Translations under genes and position numbers: made by a program | Part shown: piece after piece, positions 62,673-64,000 of the stretch | Position numbering within the stretch: position 1 is the stretch's first letter | Layout: each line of letters starts with the position of its first letter | Notes under the pieces: generated by a model | Told to the model about the DNA's origin: nothing | Databases searched by the model: none | Seen by the model: only the letters and a program-made list of their open reading frames with translations | Assembly (NCBI RefSeq): GCF_001194135.2 | Contig: NC_068997.1 | Coordinates: 54,495,884-54,559,883 of the forward strand | DNA length: 64,000 nt | Reading direction: 5' to 3' | Source of the DNA: Octopus bimaculoides | Lineage: Eukaryota

Positions 62673-63210
62673 TTATCGCTGATGTCCCCCACTCCATTTT
62701 CTCTCAAATTTGTTTATTTTTGTAATCTTGTTTTGTCCAGAATCCCCGTTTTCGGATACGGAGGTTCCGGAAAAATGCCAGAAATCGGCATTGGGAAANN
62801 NNNNNNNNNNNNNNNNNNNNNNNNNNNNNNNNNNNNNNNNNNNNNNNNNNNNNNNNNNNNNNNNNNNNNNNNNCCCCCCCCCCCCGCACTTCTTCAATTT
62901 TGACTTTTTTCCCCAACCTTAAAATCCTAACCCCAAAACTCTAACCCTAACCATAAAACCCCTAACCCTTACATCGTAACCGTAAGTACAGAATTGTTTT
63001 GAAATTTTTGTCCGAATAATGATGAAATGTCCGTATCTTTCCACATATTTTGAAAACAAAAATTCTGAAAAATGTTAACAATGAAGGAAATGGGGGGGGG
63101 GCAATTTAGAAATGTCGATTTTTATCAATTTTTTTCAGATTCGTATTCCCCGTACCCAAAAGGGGGGGTCAAAAAAGAAAAATATGTTTTTAAAAAGGTG
63201 GTTTTGGTGG
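62673..63210. mobile_element. Unclassified non-autonomous insertion with telomere-like CCCTAA motifs, splitting the RTE
   Basis: The RTE reading frame resumes at 63211; internal cctaacccc..ctaaccctaacc..ccctaaccct; no clear TIR or TSD; contains 75 N. Confidence 0.55.
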
Positions 63211-63382
63211 GACGAGCAGAAGTCTTGCCGAGGAAAACGTCGTCACCTTTACATCGACATCTTGATTGCAAATGCTGGCCTGGAATGTATTCAGGTCTTG
63301 GAGGCAGTGAAGATGGATCGGAAAGTGTGATGGGTGGACTTTGTTGCTGCAGTCCCTGGTACTCGGCCATAATAATAATAAT
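63211..63382 (+). mobile_element. RTE-clade LINE C-terminal relic, part 2, with (ATA)n tail
   Basis: DEQKSCRGKRRHLYIDILIANAGLECIQVLEAVKMDRKV*W..GTRP matches G.R.RGR...TYID.L..D.GL....L...M.DR..W. Confidence 0.8.
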
Positions 63383-64000
63383 ATGACAAACGTTCTAGTG
63401 ATTGTCGCCAGACTATCACGCGAGCAAAGAGCTTTGATTGCATGAAATGGGGTTTGTATACATAATAAACTGGCGATTTACATGTGGTCAAAATCAACTG
63501 TTATAACATTTTAATTCTTGTAAGGCATGTCGAGAAAAAATTATGGCGGAGGATACGCACACCACCCGCTTTCGGTGTAAACCTAAACCACCGGGTGTGC
63601 GTATTCTTTTACCGTCACAAAAGTTATCTGTAAATTCCAAATGTTGCTCAATATTTATTTTCCATTTCCCCTCAAGTATTTATTGTGTTTCTGTAAAAAC
63701 ATTTCAGTATGACATTTACAAAAGGGAGAGTGTTATATGGACTGTTAGATATGTAATTTGTCTGACGTTCCGTGTGTCATGTGGTTCGTCTGAGTTCATT
63801 GTTTCATTGTTGTTGTCTTGTGGGACTGTCGTAGTAAAATGTCATTGATATATATATGGCGGACATGACTTTTGTTTATTCATAACGAACATTGGGTGAG
63901 TGCGTTCTTTGTATGTAATTGAACAATAAATGTAATAATTAAATTGTATAACTCGTTATGTTATCTCTGCGAGTCAGTCCGAGGGAAACATAACAGAGAG

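Larger units (their letters stand above)
61550..64000. promoter_or_regulatory. CpG-retaining, promoter-like zone with ATGGCG (YY1-like) motifs and splice donors on both strands
   Basis: ATGGCG at 61896, 63543 and 63856; donors AAG|GTAGGT (61910, +), TGG|GTGAGT (63896, +) and ATA|GTGAGT (61753, -); many intact CpGs. Confidence 0.35.

Noticed and set aside
62920-62970. Interstitial telomere
   Set aside because: Only a few imperfect CCCTAA units inside an inserted element, not a telomeric array.

Overview
AT-rich, microsatellite- and gap-riddled eukaryotic genomic DNA. The repeat families look like those I recall from Octopus (tRNA-derived OR/OK-type, CORE-like and Meta-like SINEs), so a gapped short-read octopus assembly is likely (inference, not a database hit). 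One protein-coding gene is well supported: an intronless 784-aa secreted-type LRR single-pass membrane protein (41434-43788, +). It has a signal peptide, LRRNT, about 18-19 LRRs including FLRT/SLRP-style short-long-long repeats, a two-cysteine LRRCT, a Ser/Thr-rich stalk, a TM helix and a 17-aa tail with no TIR domain. The rest is mostly SINEs and decayed transposons recognisable by motif: R4/Dong, L1/Tx1, RTE, Penelope-like, mariner and Helitron. Less obvious signals include several hammerhead-ribozyme-like relics, a degenerate ~30-bp tandem array 2 kb downstream of the LRR gene, and a near-perfect 216/220-bp inverted duplication at 56.2-56.9 kb. There is also a CpG-decayed domain (~51-61.4 kb) that abuts a CpG-retaining, promoter-like zone (~61.5-64 kb), suggesting an unannotated methylated gene body whose exons I could not identify with confidence. 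Almost all other ORFs in the supplied track are microsatellite or N-gap artefacts. No CRISPR arrays, rRNA or true tRNA genes were found.
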